Shown: positions 1 to 9,364 of the stretch, piece by piece | How positions within the stretch are numbered: the stretch's first letter is position 1 | Layout: every line of letters begins with the position of its first letter | Source of the DNA: a virus | Length of the DNA stretch: 64,000 nt | Direction: 5' to 3' (one strand) | IMG/VR virus record: IMGVR_UViG_3300035698_012408 | Translations under genes and position numbers: made by a program | The notes under the pieces: generated by a model | Database searches by the model: none | Told to the model about the DNA's origin: nothing | What the model saw: only the letters and a program-made list of their open reading frames with translations

Positions 1-222
1 CAGCGACGTGCAATCGGTGATTTGTCCGATGAGCACGCGGGCGGTTGAATTGAAACTAAGCAGCGACGCGGCAGTCTGGTTTTGCGGGTCCTGATTCGGT
101 CGCGATTGGTTGATAGGACCTGGAGCCCCGTACTGGGCCTCCATCATCTTATTACCTTGCCGCCTGCCGACAGCACCCATATCCTGCTGAGCTACCGTGC
201 GCTTGCCTGTGAGATTAGGCAT
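1..222 (-). CDS. hypothetical protein, N-terminal part only (gene runs off the window); tail-module position downstream of the tube
   Basis: Not in the ORF track because it is truncated. ATG at 222 is preceded by an AGGTGGAG SD. My translation starts MPNLTGKRTVAQQDMGAVGRRQGNKMMEAQYGAPGP and stays open to position 1. Confidence 0.4.
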   Translation of the reverse strand, partial: MPNLTGKRTVAQQDMGAVGRRQGNKMMEAQYGAPGPINQSRPNQDPQNQTAASLLSFNSTARVLIGQITDCTSL

Positions 223-346
223 CGCTCCACCTTTCTAAGGTGCAAATGGGTCGCATAACGGCCCCGGGCGGCCCAGATTGCTCCGAGCCGCCCCATACCG
301 ACTCCGCCAAACGGAATCTCAAATAAACCGTATCACCGAACTGGAG

Positions 347-784
347 TTAATTGGTTTCCAGATCGATGAAGATGAACTGCATTTGCTCGTTGATGACCAC
401 CTCCTGGGCGGTCACAGACACGGAGATGGTAGTCAGCACCGCATCTTCGAGCAAGTAGAACATCGTTGTCGCCGCGCACCCGGTGGTGGCGTTGAACTTG
501 ATGTCTTGCGGGGAGCAGATGTCATTAAACGTCTTGAGAAATGCTCCGGCAAGTGGGGAGGGTCCGACGACGCGAGACAGCGTAGCCGTACCTTGGGTAC
601 GTCCGCCTACATAGTAGACGTATTCAGAACCAATTTCATAGAGCAGCGTAACTTGCTGCGTGTACGAGAACTGAATATTTTGTACCAGGAATCCTGAGAT
701 GTCCTGGTCGGCGATCGAGATCGTCAACTGATCAGCGCGGAACCCGCCGTTGAGGGTTTGCCCGCCGGCAAATACAGATGCCAT
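347..784 (-). CDS. putative tail tube protein
   Basis: 145-aa beta-rich protein immediately downstream of the sheath-like gene, the canonical sheath-then-tube order. AGAGGTGA SD upstream. Assigned by size and position; no diagnostic motif. Confidence 0.5.
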   Translation of the reverse strand: MASVFAGGQTLNGGFRADQLTISIADQDISGFLVQNIQFSYTQQVTLLYEIGSEYVYYVGGRTQGTATLSRVVGPSPLAGAFLKTFNDICSPQDIKFNATTGCAATTMFYLLEDAVLTTISVSVTAQEVVINEQMQFIFIDLETN

Positions 785-806
785 AATTTCACCTCTTGTG
801 ATTATA

Positions 807-830
807 CGGGGCCAAGGTCATTTGACCCCG
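807..830 (-). terminator. stem-loop between the sheath and tube genes (attenuator or mRNA-stabilising hairpin candidate)
   Basis: Minus strand reads CGGGGTCAA-ATGACC-TTGGCCCCG, a 9-bp stem including one G-U pair. It is followed by TATAATCACAAGAGGTGAAATT-ATG, with no U-run. Confidence 0.3.
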
Positions 831-866
831 TTGTGCTAATGACTAAACGCTACAAACCGAGCCGTC

Positions 867-3812
867 CTATACGACCAAGTGCAGCTCGATGTTGTTCAAC
901 GGGTACGGGACAACGAGATCCACGATGATCACAACGCGATCCGCAGCAAGCGGATGGATGTAGATCATCGGTGCTTCCGTCTCCGGGTCCAAACGAATCG
1001 ACCCGCTGACCAGCTGCGCACCAAGTTCGGTCGTCACACCGTTGCTCTTGAGGAACTTGATCGTCTGGTTGACATGATACTCCAACGCGCGGAGCATCGT
1101 CGGCGTTGCATTGCTGCGACCGATGTACGGGCGGAGACGTCGCAGGAACAGGTAGGACATCGAGTCCACGTTCCGGCGAACCATCTCTTCCTTTCGATTC
1201 AGGTCGAGCATGTTGGTGGTCAACGCGTGTCGCGTATGCGGCGTGCCGTCACGGTCTTCCGTGCCGATCCACACACCACCCGCAGCGAGTTCGTCCAGCT
1301 GGCTGTCGCTGAAGTAATCACGGGTGCGAGACGACAGATCATCGAAACCAGCGATTTCGACGTTCGTCAGGCCCTGCTGCGGTACGACACCGGACGCGAG
1401 TCCAGCGAGAGCACAGCACAGGAAATAGCCATCTTGCGCGTTACCACCGGTACCGACAATGTCCGGCCACACCACACAGACGCGGCGATCCGCGAAGCTC
1501 TGGGCGATGTCGACGATCGCTTCGACGAGTTCTCCCTTTTCCTGGGTATGCCAGATTTCGATCTTCTGGGCAACCGAGATCGGGCTGCTGTGGCCGCTGA
1601 GCAGCAACAGCGAACTCTGGGAAAGCACGGTGTCCACGATAAACTCGCTGTACGACTGATTGCCGAACGCGTCAATCGTGTAGAGGAATCGCACAACATC
1701 ACCAGCTTCCACACCGTAGGTGATGAAACCAGCGTTGCTGTCCGGGACACTCAGCAGCGTGTACTGAATGGCCGTGGCATCCGGGTTGTCTTCCAACGTA
1801 GCCAGCACGACTTCGCCGTCGATGGACGTCGGAGTGAGAGCTTGCGTATCCGCATCGCTCTTTCCAACAACCATCTTCGTAGCAGGCGTCTTGGCGTTGA
1901 CGAACATCGCCTTCCAGTTGCCCGACTCCGCCGAGCTCTCGCTCGTGACGTGGGCCTGGAAGAGATTGTGAACCTCACGGGTATACGTGAGAGGCACGAA
2001 GTTGTAAAGGTCATCACGACCATCAACCCGTTCGAGCACGTCTTGCCAGCTGTCCAGATCGTCCGGGTCGGCGACGGCCGTGTAGGCCACCTTCGTACCG
2101 TTCGAGTTCTGGAGAGCACGGTAGACGCCCCACTTGAGCAGATTGAGCTCATCGAGCTGTCCGGGTATCTCGTCGATGTCGGCCACGTCGTCAATGAAAT
2201 TGACTTCGTCAGCCAGATCCGACAGCCATTCCCGATACTCGATGTACTGGATGCCCCACGAGTTCGGATCGGTGGTGCTGGCCAGTCGGCCATCCCACAC
2301 GGTCATCGGCTGTTCCACGCCGCTGTCCGTCCAATCGGCGTCGTAAGCCGTGATACCGGCCTTGACCGCCAACTGCGTCGATTCGATTTCGTAGTTGACC
2401 AGCGGGGGACTGCTGAGACGTGCTTCCGTGACTTCGATGGTCTTCGGAATGAAGAGTCGAAGATCCAGATCAGTTGCGCTCTGGATGGCGATCGGAAGAT
2501 CGTCTTGCAGGGTCAGCGTGCGGATCGGCCCGTTGGCTCCGCTAACGACCGAGACATAGAACTTATCGCCGGTCCGTAGACCTGCGAGGGAGCCGTCGCC
2601 GAGCGACACGCTGCTGGCACTGTCGATCGATTGCACACTGGAACCCTGGCAATCAACGAACTGAGCCGTGAGACCCCACGCACCGACGGGGAAGGCCACA
2701 CTGTCACTGGTGACCGTCGTCGGACCAGAGCTGTCCAATCCCTTGACCGTCGTGACGGTAACTTCGGGAAGGTCAGCCCACAAGCCACCCTTGGTGACTT
2801 CGACGACGTAAGTGTCAATGTCGGGACCTGCATAGCTGTCGTCGACAACTTCGAGACAGCCACGCTCGAACGCCTGGGTGGCGTCGATTTCCCACTTTTG
2901 ACCGACCACGAATTGGTCGCTCTCAACCGACTCCGAAGAAGCCGATAGCGAACAATCACCAGTCGTGGTGTTGAACTGCACTTCCAGCCCGCGGGTACCG
3001 ATCTCAACCCAGTCACCGAAGTCACCAGGATCAACCTCATCCACGTTGTCCGTGCCCGAGTCACTGACGATTCGCAGTCGCGCGGCTTGACAACCCGCGA
3101 TGGACGAACGAATGACTTCGACCTCGTACCGTTCGTTGACGTACCCGTCTTCCAGGCCGTCATAGTCGGCATTCGAGTTGGTGAGACCAACGCAGTTGAC
3201 GACACCATCGATTTGATCCGACGTAACAACCGCGGCGGTAGAGAGTTGGTTGTTGTCATCAACCGTGGCCGGGAACACGGTGGCAGCAACGGTATCGGCG
3301 GCAAAGCCGGTAACGGTGGTCCACAGGTCGTGCTCGTCACAGGCGCTGCCGACACCGGTCACGCCACGCACGTAGGCGACATCACCCACTTGCACGTCGC
3401 GGTCGAGGAACAGCCCGGAACGGGGCCATTGCGTGCCGTTAGCTTTGTAGCTGAGGGCCGAGGATCGAATCCAATTCTTCCGAGTGGAGACAGGCTGCAC
3501 AAGCCCGCGACCTTCAGAAGCATCGCCGATCAGGTCCTCATGGTACAGGAGCAGGGCGTCCTCGATCATGAGACGCACACTGGCCTCATCAACGAGTGAG
3601 CCAGCTTGACGTTCGGGCCACGGATAGACCGCGTCGTCATCTTTATCATACGGTCCGACGTTGATCAGGATCTTCTCGTCGTCCTCGTCGTAACGATGGA
3701 GCAACGCGTTCGGTCCCGAGATATGTGCTCGGAGCGGATCGGTCACCTCGTTGGGGACGATGCTAAATTCCTGAAAAACGAGAACCTGCGGTTTCACATA
3801 AGTGACAGACAT
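867..3812 (-). CDS. putative contractile tail sheath protein (large, with extra inserted domains)
   Basis: 981 aa. The C-terminal third (GVWIGTEDRDG...RRNVDSMSYLFLRRLRPYIG...VVIIVDLVVPYPLNNIELHLVV) has the pattern typical of sheath C-terminal domains. It is followed by a tube-sized gene. CCAGGAGGG SD upstream. Confidence 0.6.
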   Translation of the reverse strand: MSVTYVKPQVLVFQEFSIVPNEVTDPLRAHISGPNALLHRYDEDDEKILINVGPYDKDDDAVYPWPERQAGSLVDEASVRLMIEDALLLYHEDLIGDASEGRGLVQPVSTRKNWIRSSALSYKANGTQWPRSGLFLDRDVQVGDVAYVRGVTGVGSACDEHDLWTTVTGFAADTVAATVFPATVDDNNQLSTAAVVTSDQIDGVVNCVGLTNSNADYDGLEDGYVNERYEVEVIRSSIAGCQAARLRIVSDSGTDNVDEVDPGDFGDWVEIGTRGLEVQFNTTTGDCSLSASSESVESDQFVVGQKWEIDATQAFERGCLEVVDDSYAGPDIDTYVVEVTKGGLWADLPEVTVTTVKGLDSSGPTTVTSDSVAFPVGAWGLTAQFVDCQGSSVQSIDSASSVSLGDGSLAGLRTGDKFYVSVVSGANGPIRTLTLQDDLPIAIQSATDLDLRLFIPKTIEVTEARLSSPPLVNYEIESTQLAVKAGITAYDADWTDSGVEQPMTVWDGRLASTTDPNSWGIQYIEYREWLSDLADEVNFIDDVADIDEIPGQLDELNLLKWGVYRALQNSNGTKVAYTAVADPDDLDSWQDVLERVDGRDDLYNFVPLTYTREVHNLFQAHVTSESSAESGNWKAMFVNAKTPATKMVVGKSDADTQALTPTSIDGEVVLATLEDNPDATAIQYTLLSVPDSNAGFITYGVEAGDVVRFLYTIDAFGNQSYSEFIVDTVLSQSSLLLLSGHSSPISVAQKIEIWHTQEKGELVEAIVDIAQSFADRRVCVVWPDIVGTGGNAQDGYFLCCALAGLASGVVPQQGLTNVEIAGFDDLSSRTRDYFSDSQLDELAAGGVWIGTEDRDGTPHTRHALTTNMLDLNRKEEMVRRNVDSMSYLFLRRLRPYIGRSNATPTMLRALEYHVNQTIKFLKSNGVTTELGAQLVSGSIRLDPETEAPMIYIHPLAADRVVIIVDLVVPYPLNNIELHLVV

Positions 3813-3870
3813 TGGTTATTCCCTCCTGGAAATGTACTGGTATAGGCGTTTAGTTTAACCTCTGCGCGTG

Positions 3871-4641
3871 TCAGTAATCTTCAAAAATCTCTGACGCCCT
3901 AAATACTATTCGCTTCAACCGCGGTGCCTCTACCTGGAGTGACCAAGTTTCAGCCGCGACATAAGCTACGCTAACCGGAACGACGTAATTCTCGGTAGCC
4001 TCCTTGAGTGCTGACACTTTTCCAACGGCCACCGGTACAAACCGGTGCAGCTCCAATTTGTCCATAATTTCAGGACCAAACCAAAGCATAATCTTGGCGA
4101 CCTCCCATGCTAGGAGTTGCGCCTCAGCGCCGCTATTCGCAACGGCAAAAAAAGTATGGGTGCCTTGCCAGAAGCCTCCGAAGAACCGCTTGCCTGAGCG
4201 GACCTCGTAACCTGTCTGATCTCCAATACCCATCCGCTGCCATTTCCAATCGCCCTCGGCGAGGATGATTGCTGGCCGCGATTCAGTGAGTTCGGGACGC
4301 CACTTGTGCAGGGATTCAATGTAAATCCCAGTATTGGCCTCCTTACTCCAAACACCATCACGTTCAATTGACTTTCTCAATGTCCCGTTCAGGATGTTCC
4401 GTGCGTCTGCAAAATGCTGTAGCAACACCTGACGTAACGCTCCTTGCATGACCAAAGGTGATGGCCCATAGGAACATAGCGCACTAAGTGTTGGTACCCG
4501 GACCTCCGGGGAACTGCCCTCCGGGAAACGGGCTTCCGTTTCCGGGGGGTTGGAAGGGTCCGGGTTGCATTGTGGCATTTCCGACATTTCCAGCTCCATA
4601 AGCTGCGTCTTGCGTGTTACCAAGCGCCGTGTCAACGACAT
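3871..4641 (-). CDS. hypothetical virion protein (tail-completion/neck position upstream of the sheath)
   Basis: 256-aa ORF. My hand count of third-position GC over 4561-4620 favours this frame (65% versus 35% for the overlapping frame). The start is uncertain (4641, 4587 or 4449). Confidence 0.5.
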   Translation of the reverse strand: MSLTRRLVTRKTQLMELEMSEMPQCNPDPSNPPETEARFPEGSSPEVRVPTLSALCSYGPSPLVMQGALRQVLLQHFADARNILNGTLRKSIERDGVWSKEANTGIYIESLHKWRPELTESRPAIILAEGDWKWQRMGIGDQTGYEVRSGKRFFGGFWQGTHTFFAVANSGAEAQLLAWEVAKIMLWFGPEIMDKLELHRFVPVAVGKVSALKEATENYVVPVSVAYVAAETWSLQVEAPRLKRIVFRASEIFEDY

Positions 4642-4735
4642 CCTGGTCTAGCTCGAAGGCGTACATGCTCAGAGTGTCAACCATCCCGGCCGCCGCTAAG
4701 TCGTGCGGTTTAGGGGTTTTGTCGTCTTCTGGCAT
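4484..4735 (-). CDS. small hypothetical protein; 3' end overlaps the next gene
   Basis: 83-aa ORF. Codon-position GC supports it over 4622-4735. Its Gly/Pro-rich tail over 4484-4641 is probably read-through in a non-coding frame. Confidence 0.4.
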   Translation of the reverse strand: MPEDDKTPKPHDLAAAGMVDTLSMYAFELDQDVVDTALGNTQDAAYGAGNVGNATMQPGPFQPPGNGSPFPGGQFPGGPGTNT

Positions 4736-4789
4736 GTGTAACTCCGATACCTACAGGATACGTTAGTCTGCGGTACAATTCAATAGCGC

Positions 4790-6034
4790 TTAGAACGCTC
4801 CGAACGATTCGGAGGTTTCGCTGCTCTCACTGACCGAGCTGCTCACCGAGGGTGGAGCACCGGGGTCTGGCGGCTGCACGGTTAAAGCTACGGCGTCAGG
4901 GCCGTACTCACCGGCTTTCTCGAATACGACAACGTATTCGCCTGGATCTAGCATTACTGCGTAAGCCCAGTGGCCGTTGGTCGTTGTGATCGACTCAGCG
5001 ACCGCGTTGGCAGGAAGCCGGGCACCCGCATCCCAATCTTCTTTCGTGAAGACTCGAATGGTGGCCCCAGGAACCCCACAACAATCTATCTGATATGTCA
5101 AATTCTCGTCTATCGGGTAGTCATGGTCAACCGGAACACAGCCATTTCCGACAGTTGGCTCGTAATTTGGATCGTCGTCTGCCGGGTCGTAGGCGTCCGG
5201 GCTCACGGGTATTCGGTAGATTATATCGTTGAACGGCGCCAAGGCTAGCTCCAGCTCGTTGACCAGCGGGACACCTCGCCAGCTTGCCAGCGGCTTGATC
5301 GAATGGATCACATACCGCTGGTCGGTGTCGCCGTCCACCCAGAAGTCCTCCTTGGCATGATCCGGGGACGCAATGACCCGCGCGATGAATCGATCGAGTC
5401 GCGAGCTGTGCTTGGTCGGATCGGCCCCACCACGCAGCTCAGTGCATTTCTCGCCGTCGATGTCCATCGCGAACGGGACAGGCGGGTGGTATCCGACCTT
5501 GAAGGCCGTCCCCCAGGAGGAGCGATTGCGGGAATCCACAACCTCGTCCGTGAGCGGGTCGGTGGCATTCGTGTCCTTCACGCCATAACGCATGCGGCGG
5601 ACAAGGTAGCCATCCATGCTCACGAGACCATGCCGTAATGTCTCTTTCCGCACGATCTCTCGGGCGATGACCCAGTCTCGTTGATTCAAGATGCCCCATA
5701 TTGGAGCCCCGGCAGACACGTAGACGCCCAGCGACGTCGTGAGCTTCAGCCGATAATGCGACAAAAGACGCTTACCAGCGGGTTCTCGCGTGGTATCGTC
5801 TTCCAGATAGGATGGATTGATGGCCGAATCGCCAATATCAACCCAGTCCAGGGCGGTATTGGTGCCTACGTAACTAGCTTGCAGCTGGAAAACATAGGGC
5901 GACGGATCAGTGAAACGACTATCCATCTCCCACCAAACACGGGAGATGCCGTAGAATAGGTGATTCACGTAGACACGCTGAAACGGATAGCTCTCAGTCG
6001 ACGGCATCGTCATCGTCTCCGTGGGTCGCGTCAT
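4790..6034 (-). CDS. hypothetical structural protein with a C-terminal Ig/carboxypeptidase-regulatory-like beta-sandwich and a Ser/Glu-rich tail
   Basis: 414 aa. The C-terminus GATIRVFTKEDW...GEYVVVFEKAGEYG resembles CarboxypepD_reg-type domains, and the protein ends SVSSSVSESSETSESFGAF. Alternative starts at 6013 and 6007. Confidence 0.5.
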   Translation of the reverse strand: MTRPTETMTMPSTESYPFQRVYVNHLFYGISRVWWEMDSRFTDPSPYVFQLQASYVGTNTALDWVDIGDSAINPSYLEDDTTREPAGKRLLSHYRLKLTTSLGVYVSAGAPIWGILNQRDWVIAREIVRKETLRHGLVSMDGYLVRRMRYGVKDTNATDPLTDEVVDSRNRSSWGTAFKVGYHPPVPFAMDIDGEKCTELRGGADPTKHSSRLDRFIARVIASPDHAKEDFWVDGDTDQRYVIHSIKPLASWRGVPLVNELELALAPFNDIIYRIPVSPDAYDPADDDPNYEPTVGNGCVPVDHDYPIDENLTYQIDCCGVPGATIRVFTKEDWDAGARLPANAVAESITTTNGHWAYAVMLDPGEYVVVFEKAGEYGPDAVALTVQPPDPGAPPSVSSSVSESSETSESFGAF

Positions 6035-6170
6035 CTTCTGCTATGACCCGTTCCGCTTCCGGGCCAAAAAGTAACTTGCTGTCCTGCATCATCTTACTGA
6101 TTTCGGCCTGCACTGGCTTGATGGCTGGCCGCCGAGGCGTCGTGAAGTAAAGATCAACGATTTGAGTCAT
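5994..6170 (-). CDS. small acidic hypothetical protein
   Basis: ATG at 6170 is preceded by an AGGAGCAG SD. The track ORF starts at 6203. Ends with an acidic tail, DDATHGDDDDAVD. Confidence 0.35.
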   Translation of the reverse strand: MTQIVDLYFTTPRRPAIKPVQAEISKMMQDSKLLFGPEAERVIAEDDATHGDDDDAVD

Positions 6171-7200
6171 CCGATTGCTGCTCCTGCGGGTCCCATGATT
6201 CAAGACAACAGTGTAGCTGCCACCTAGTTATCATTCTACCCCAATTGAATTGCTCTAGCAAGCGTCTAACCGTCGCTCTAACCTTCCGACCCATCTGCAC
6301 TTCAGGTGAGTACCGCTCTCGAAGGCCCCGCAGCATCTCGCACGTCTCCACGTGTATTCGTGGGTCATCGCCGGCGATACCCATCGGCACCGAACCGATG
6401 TTGTTCGATGCTTCTATGTCTGCCCGTGGGAGGTTAGCGAGAGCTTGAGTGAGCTCACGGCTACGCTCCTCGGCGTCGATCTCCCGGACTGGTCGGTTGG
6501 TCTCAGTCGCTCGGTCACGATCCGGGTCGGCGACCAGCTCGCGATCGAGCTGTCCACTGTTCATCACGCGGTCCAGCTCGTCGTTCGAGATCTGCATCGG
6601 GGGCATGATGCGACGGTAAAATCCCTCTTCCCGCATCCGTGAGTAAGTAAATTCGTTTACCGCGTCGATCGCTGCCCGGTTGTCGCTGGGAGTGTTCAGT
6701 TGGTCGAACAGATGCTCATTGAGCGTCCGAGTGGTCAACCGCTCCTGTTCCTGCCTGCACGTGTGTGGAGCGGTGATGAACCGCATCCAATCTCGAACTG
6801 ACAGTCGCATCCGCTGACGCTGCGTCGGGCCGGTCCATCCGTTTCTAAGTACCGCGCGTTGCTCTTCCTCCGGCGGGTCTTCTGCGCCCCACGCCCGGAT
6901 CTCTTCTAGCAGTCTTTCCGGCAGCAGTATAGGCTCCGGCACCTGGAACGTCGGCAAGTCGTGGAGTGCTCGCTGCAAGGCCTCTCGGTTGATCCCGCCA
7001 GCGAACACGTCCCCATTGCGGTTCGGCACTTCGCCGTCCGCTGCAATCGCCAGGAGAAACCGTCGATCCTCTGCCAAGATTGTGTCGGTGATGAACTCAG
7101 GATGTCTGGCTGCCAGCGTGGCACGGTAGCTCACAAACGGGATACTAATATCCCGAGCGACTTGCTCCACGCTGCCCGTAATCACTACCGATGCCGCCAT
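6154..7200 (-). CDS. hypothetical head-associated protein carrying a copy of the major capsid protein N-terminal motif
   Basis: 348 aa. Residues LNEHLFDQLNTPSDNRAAIDAVNEFTYSRMREEGFYRRIMPPMQISNDELDR match the MCP segment LNETLFEQLQTPGMEKQAIDAVNDFTRTKMREDGFFRRILPPLQISNDELDR. Confidence 0.55.
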   Translation of the reverse strand: MAASVVITGSVEQVARDISIPFVSYRATLAARHPEFITDTILAEDRRFLLAIAADGEVPNRNGDVFAGGINREALQRALHDLPTFQVPEPILLPERLLEEIRAWGAEDPPEEEQRAVLRNGWTGPTQRQRMRLSVRDWMRFITAPHTCRQEQERLTTRTLNEHLFDQLNTPSDNRAAIDAVNEFTYSRMREEGFYRRIMPPMQISNDELDRVMNSGQLDRELVADPDRDRATETNRPVREIDAEERSRELTQALANLPRADIEASNNIGSVPMGIAGDDPRIHVETCEMLRGLRERYSPEVQMGRKVRATVRRLLEQFNWGRMITRWQLHCCLESWDPQEQQSDDSNR

Positions 7201-8209
7201 AACCCTGCTCCAGATTCATGCTGCTTTTCTTCACGCGAATGAACTGCCGCCACTCTTGTAGCCGAATGGCCGCTGCTCTTTCGTAATTGTCTTCCTTCCC
7301 CTGGTCGTCGACCTGCACCCCGCCGGCAGACACCGGAAGGCGGTTCGATCGATACTGCTCTGCGGCCATGCGGAATAGGTACCCGCAGATGGCGTTGAGC
7401 CAGTTCATTCGGAAAGGGAAATTGATCGTGTTGTAAGTTTGGATCGGCGGCGGCGTCTCGTTCCACTCTTGGACAGGTAGTCGAATCGCCAGCACGATCT
7501 CGGAATCCGAGAACTTCAGTGCGTCAAGCAACAAGTTCTCCACCGGAGCACTGTCTCGCAGGAACAGTCGCACTTCCGCAAATGACGGCGTGCCATTGAG
7601 CTGGTCCAGGGAGATCTGCGGCTCCACGTAAATGTAAAATAGGTTCGAGTAATGTCGAACCGGGTTCAGTGCATCCGTTCGATCATAAATGCCGAACTCC
7701 CCAAAGTAAACCCCGGCCCGCTGTAAACAGGTCGCCGGCAGCTCCACTCGCACAATGCCATCAGTCACGCTCTCGACAGTCACCTCGGTGTCTAGCGTCG
7801 TCTTGGTGACCGATAGTTGCTCCCGCATGGAGAACAGCACGTCAAAGTTGTCATTGCAGGTCCCTGGCATCGTGCCTTCCACCCAGGCCGCCGATTCCGA
7901 CGACGCTGAGACCGACTCCGAGGATGACTCGCTGTCAACCGGCGGTTCCGTAAAGCACCCTGCCAACGATAGCGGATTGCCGGACTGATCCAACATCTGC
8001 CATCGAATCACAGCACTTTGGTTGGCCTGCACCGTGACGCTGGCTATCCGGCCACGAATATCCTGGCCCTGGAATGTCGGCATCGTCGGGAAGACTTCAT
8101 TCTGCGTGCAGCACGTCGTAACCGGGTTGGGTGCAACCGGATGCGTCGGATTGGCGGGCGGCGGACAGCTAACTGGGTCGCCGGCCACAGGAGTCGCTTG
8201 AACAGGCAT
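7145..8209 (-). CDS. hypothetical structural protein (head-tail adaptor/neck candidate)
   Basis: 354 aa, placed between the head and tail modules. Internal Ser/Glu patch DSESSSESVSASSESAA. CAGGGAGGG SD upstream. Confidence 0.45.
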   Translation of the reverse strand: MPVQATPVAGDPVSCPPPANPTHPVAPNPVTTCCTQNEVFPTMPTFQGQDIRGRIASVTVQANQSAVIRWQMLDQSGNPLSLAGCFTEPPVDSESSSESVSASSESAAWVEGTMPGTCNDNFDVLFSMREQLSVTKTTLDTEVTVESVTDGIVRVELPATCLQRAGVYFGEFGIYDRTDALNPVRHYSNLFYIYVEPQISLDQLNGTPSFAEVRLFLRDSAPVENLLLDALKFSDSEIVLAIRLPVQEWNETPPPIQTYNTINFPFRMNWLNAICGYLFRMAAEQYRSNRLPVSAGGVQVDDQGKEDNYERAAAIRLQEWRQFIRVKKSSMNLEQGYGGIGSDYGQRGASRSGY

Positions 8210-8275
8210 TTTACCCTCCCTGGTGGAAAAAGTGACTGCGTTTCACGCATTGTAGCATATTAGTCTGCGCATAGA

Positions 8276-8316
8276 AACGTGCCCTGCGGCCGATTTTAAC
8301 CGACCGTGGGCACGTT
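8276..8316 (-). terminator. inverted repeat downstream of the repeat-tailed paralogue
   Basis: AACGTGCCC...GGGCACGTT forms a perfect 9-bp stem with a 23-nt loop. On the minus strand it is followed by TTTCTATG. Confidence 0.3.
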
Positions 8317-8360
8317 GTATAGTCACACAGCGATTTGCATCGGCGTGGTACAATTTTTGA

Positions 8361-8858
8361 CTACGCAGACGACGATGACAAGCTCGCGCTTTCGCTTACG
8401 CTCGCGCTTTCGCTTACGCTCGCACTATCGCTTACGCTCGCACTGTCGCTTACGCTCGCACTGTCGCTTACGCTCGCACTGTCGCTTACGCTCGCACTGT
8501 CGCTTACGCTCGCACTTTCGGACACAGGCACGTACGTCGGATCAACGACACCGAGAACACCCCCGACGATCTCAATCGACTTGGGTAGCTCATCGACCGT
8601 ATCCCAAAGAATGGGGGCCGGTCGGCTGTTGATACGAAGACTGCCCGTTTTCAAGGCCCGCTCCAAAGCGTCGAACTTTCGGCGTCGCCCACCTTGCTGG
8701 TGTAGGATACCGAGCGAAGCAAGCAAGTCACCGGGAACTGCGGCAACCTCGCCAGCGTCCAGTCGCATACCGCGTGGGCCAAGAAAGCCGAAAACGCGGG
8801 CACCGCCAGAAAGATTTTCGACGACGGTGTACAGCTCGTCTTGTGCTGGATTTGCCAT
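8361..8858 (-). CDS. head-module paralogue A with a C-terminal (SASVSD)n tandem-repeat tail (decoration/fibre candidate)
   Basis: 165 aa. The first ~105 aa are about 75% identical by eye to the neighbouring 129-aa ORF. The C-terminus is 8 hexapeptide repeats. Confidence 0.7.
   Translation of the reverse strand: MANPAQDELYTVVENLSGGARVFGFLGPRGMRLDAGEVAAVPGDLLASLGILHQQGGRRRKFDALERALKTGSLRINSRPAPILWDTVDELPKSIEIVGGVLGVVDPTYVPVSESASVSDSASVSDSASVSDSASVSDSASVSDSASVSESASVSESASLSSSSA
8382..8525 (-). repeat. 18-bp in-frame tandem repeat, about 8 copies
   Basis: The unit GCTCGCACTGTCGCTTAC (plus strand) is repeated head to tail with a few substitutions. It encodes SASVSD/SASVSE on the minus strand. Confidence 0.9.
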
Positions 8859-8911
8859 CAGATTATTTCTCCCTCATTATGACATTGCAAACAGGAGCCG
8901 CAGTCTCAGTA

Positions 8912-9301
8912 TTAAATTTCCGCACCCTGTACAAGGGAGCTGCTACTGAGACTGAAGCTATAACTCTTCGGCACGTACGTTGGATCAACAACGCCGAGAG
9001 TACCGCCGACGATCGCAATCGACTTCGGAACCTCGTCAACCGCGTCCCAGAGAACTGGGGCGGGGCGGCTATTGATTTGCAACGAGCCGGCCTTCAGGGA
9101 CCGCTCCAGGGCGTCGAACTTCCGACGGCGCCCACCTTGCTGGCTTTGAGAGCCAAGCGAGGCGAGCAAATCACCGGGGATCGTAACGACCTCGGAGGCA
9201 GCCAAACGCATCCCTCGGGGACCGAGGAAACCGAACACTCGCTCGCCACCAGAGAGATTCTGGACGACTGTGTAGAGTTCGTCTTGGGATGGATTTGCCA
9301 T
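8912..9301 (-). CDS. head-module paralogue B (no long repeat; Ser-rich end SYSFSLSSSSL)
   Basis: 129 aa, starting MANPSQDELYTVVQNLSGGERVFGFLGPRGMRL, versus MANPAQDELYTVVENLSGGARVFGFLGPRGMRL in paralogue A. Both share the upstream sequence GGGAGAAATAA. Confidence 0.7.
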   Translation of the reverse strand: MANPSQDELYTVVQNLSGGERVFGFLGPRGMRLAASEVVTIPGDLLASLGSQSQQGGRRRKFDALERSLKAGSLQINSRPAPVLWDAVDEVPKSIAIVGGTLGVVDPTYVPKSYSFSLSSSSLVQGAEI

Positions 9302-9364
9302 TGTTTATTTCTCCCACATTGGGGTTACGTGAACAGAGTGAACACAGCTCGGCGAGTCACGAGA

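Noticed and set aside
879-2579. Long plus-strand ORFs. Examples are 879-2579, 8774-9835, 19748-20947, 24372-25325, 39378-40010, 48424-49158 and 51042-52469.
   Set aside because: Each lies antisense to a minus-strand gene that has recognisable motifs or a strong SD and coupling. Their translations are Arg/His/Leu/Pro-rich, as expected for mirror frames in GC-rich DNA, and none has a plausible RBS. I treat them as artefacts.
8382-8525. Regular 18-bp repeats that could at first glance be taken for a CRISPR-like array.
   Set aside because: The units are directly abutting with no spacers. The period is a multiple of 3, and the array lies in frame inside a well-supported ORF, where it encodes (SASVSD)n. 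It is a coding tandem repeat.
8361-9301. The paralogue pair as a diversity-generating retroelement (template/variable repeat).
   Set aside because: There is no reverse transcriptase anywhere in the window. The differences between the copies are not adenine-specific and are spread over the whole core.
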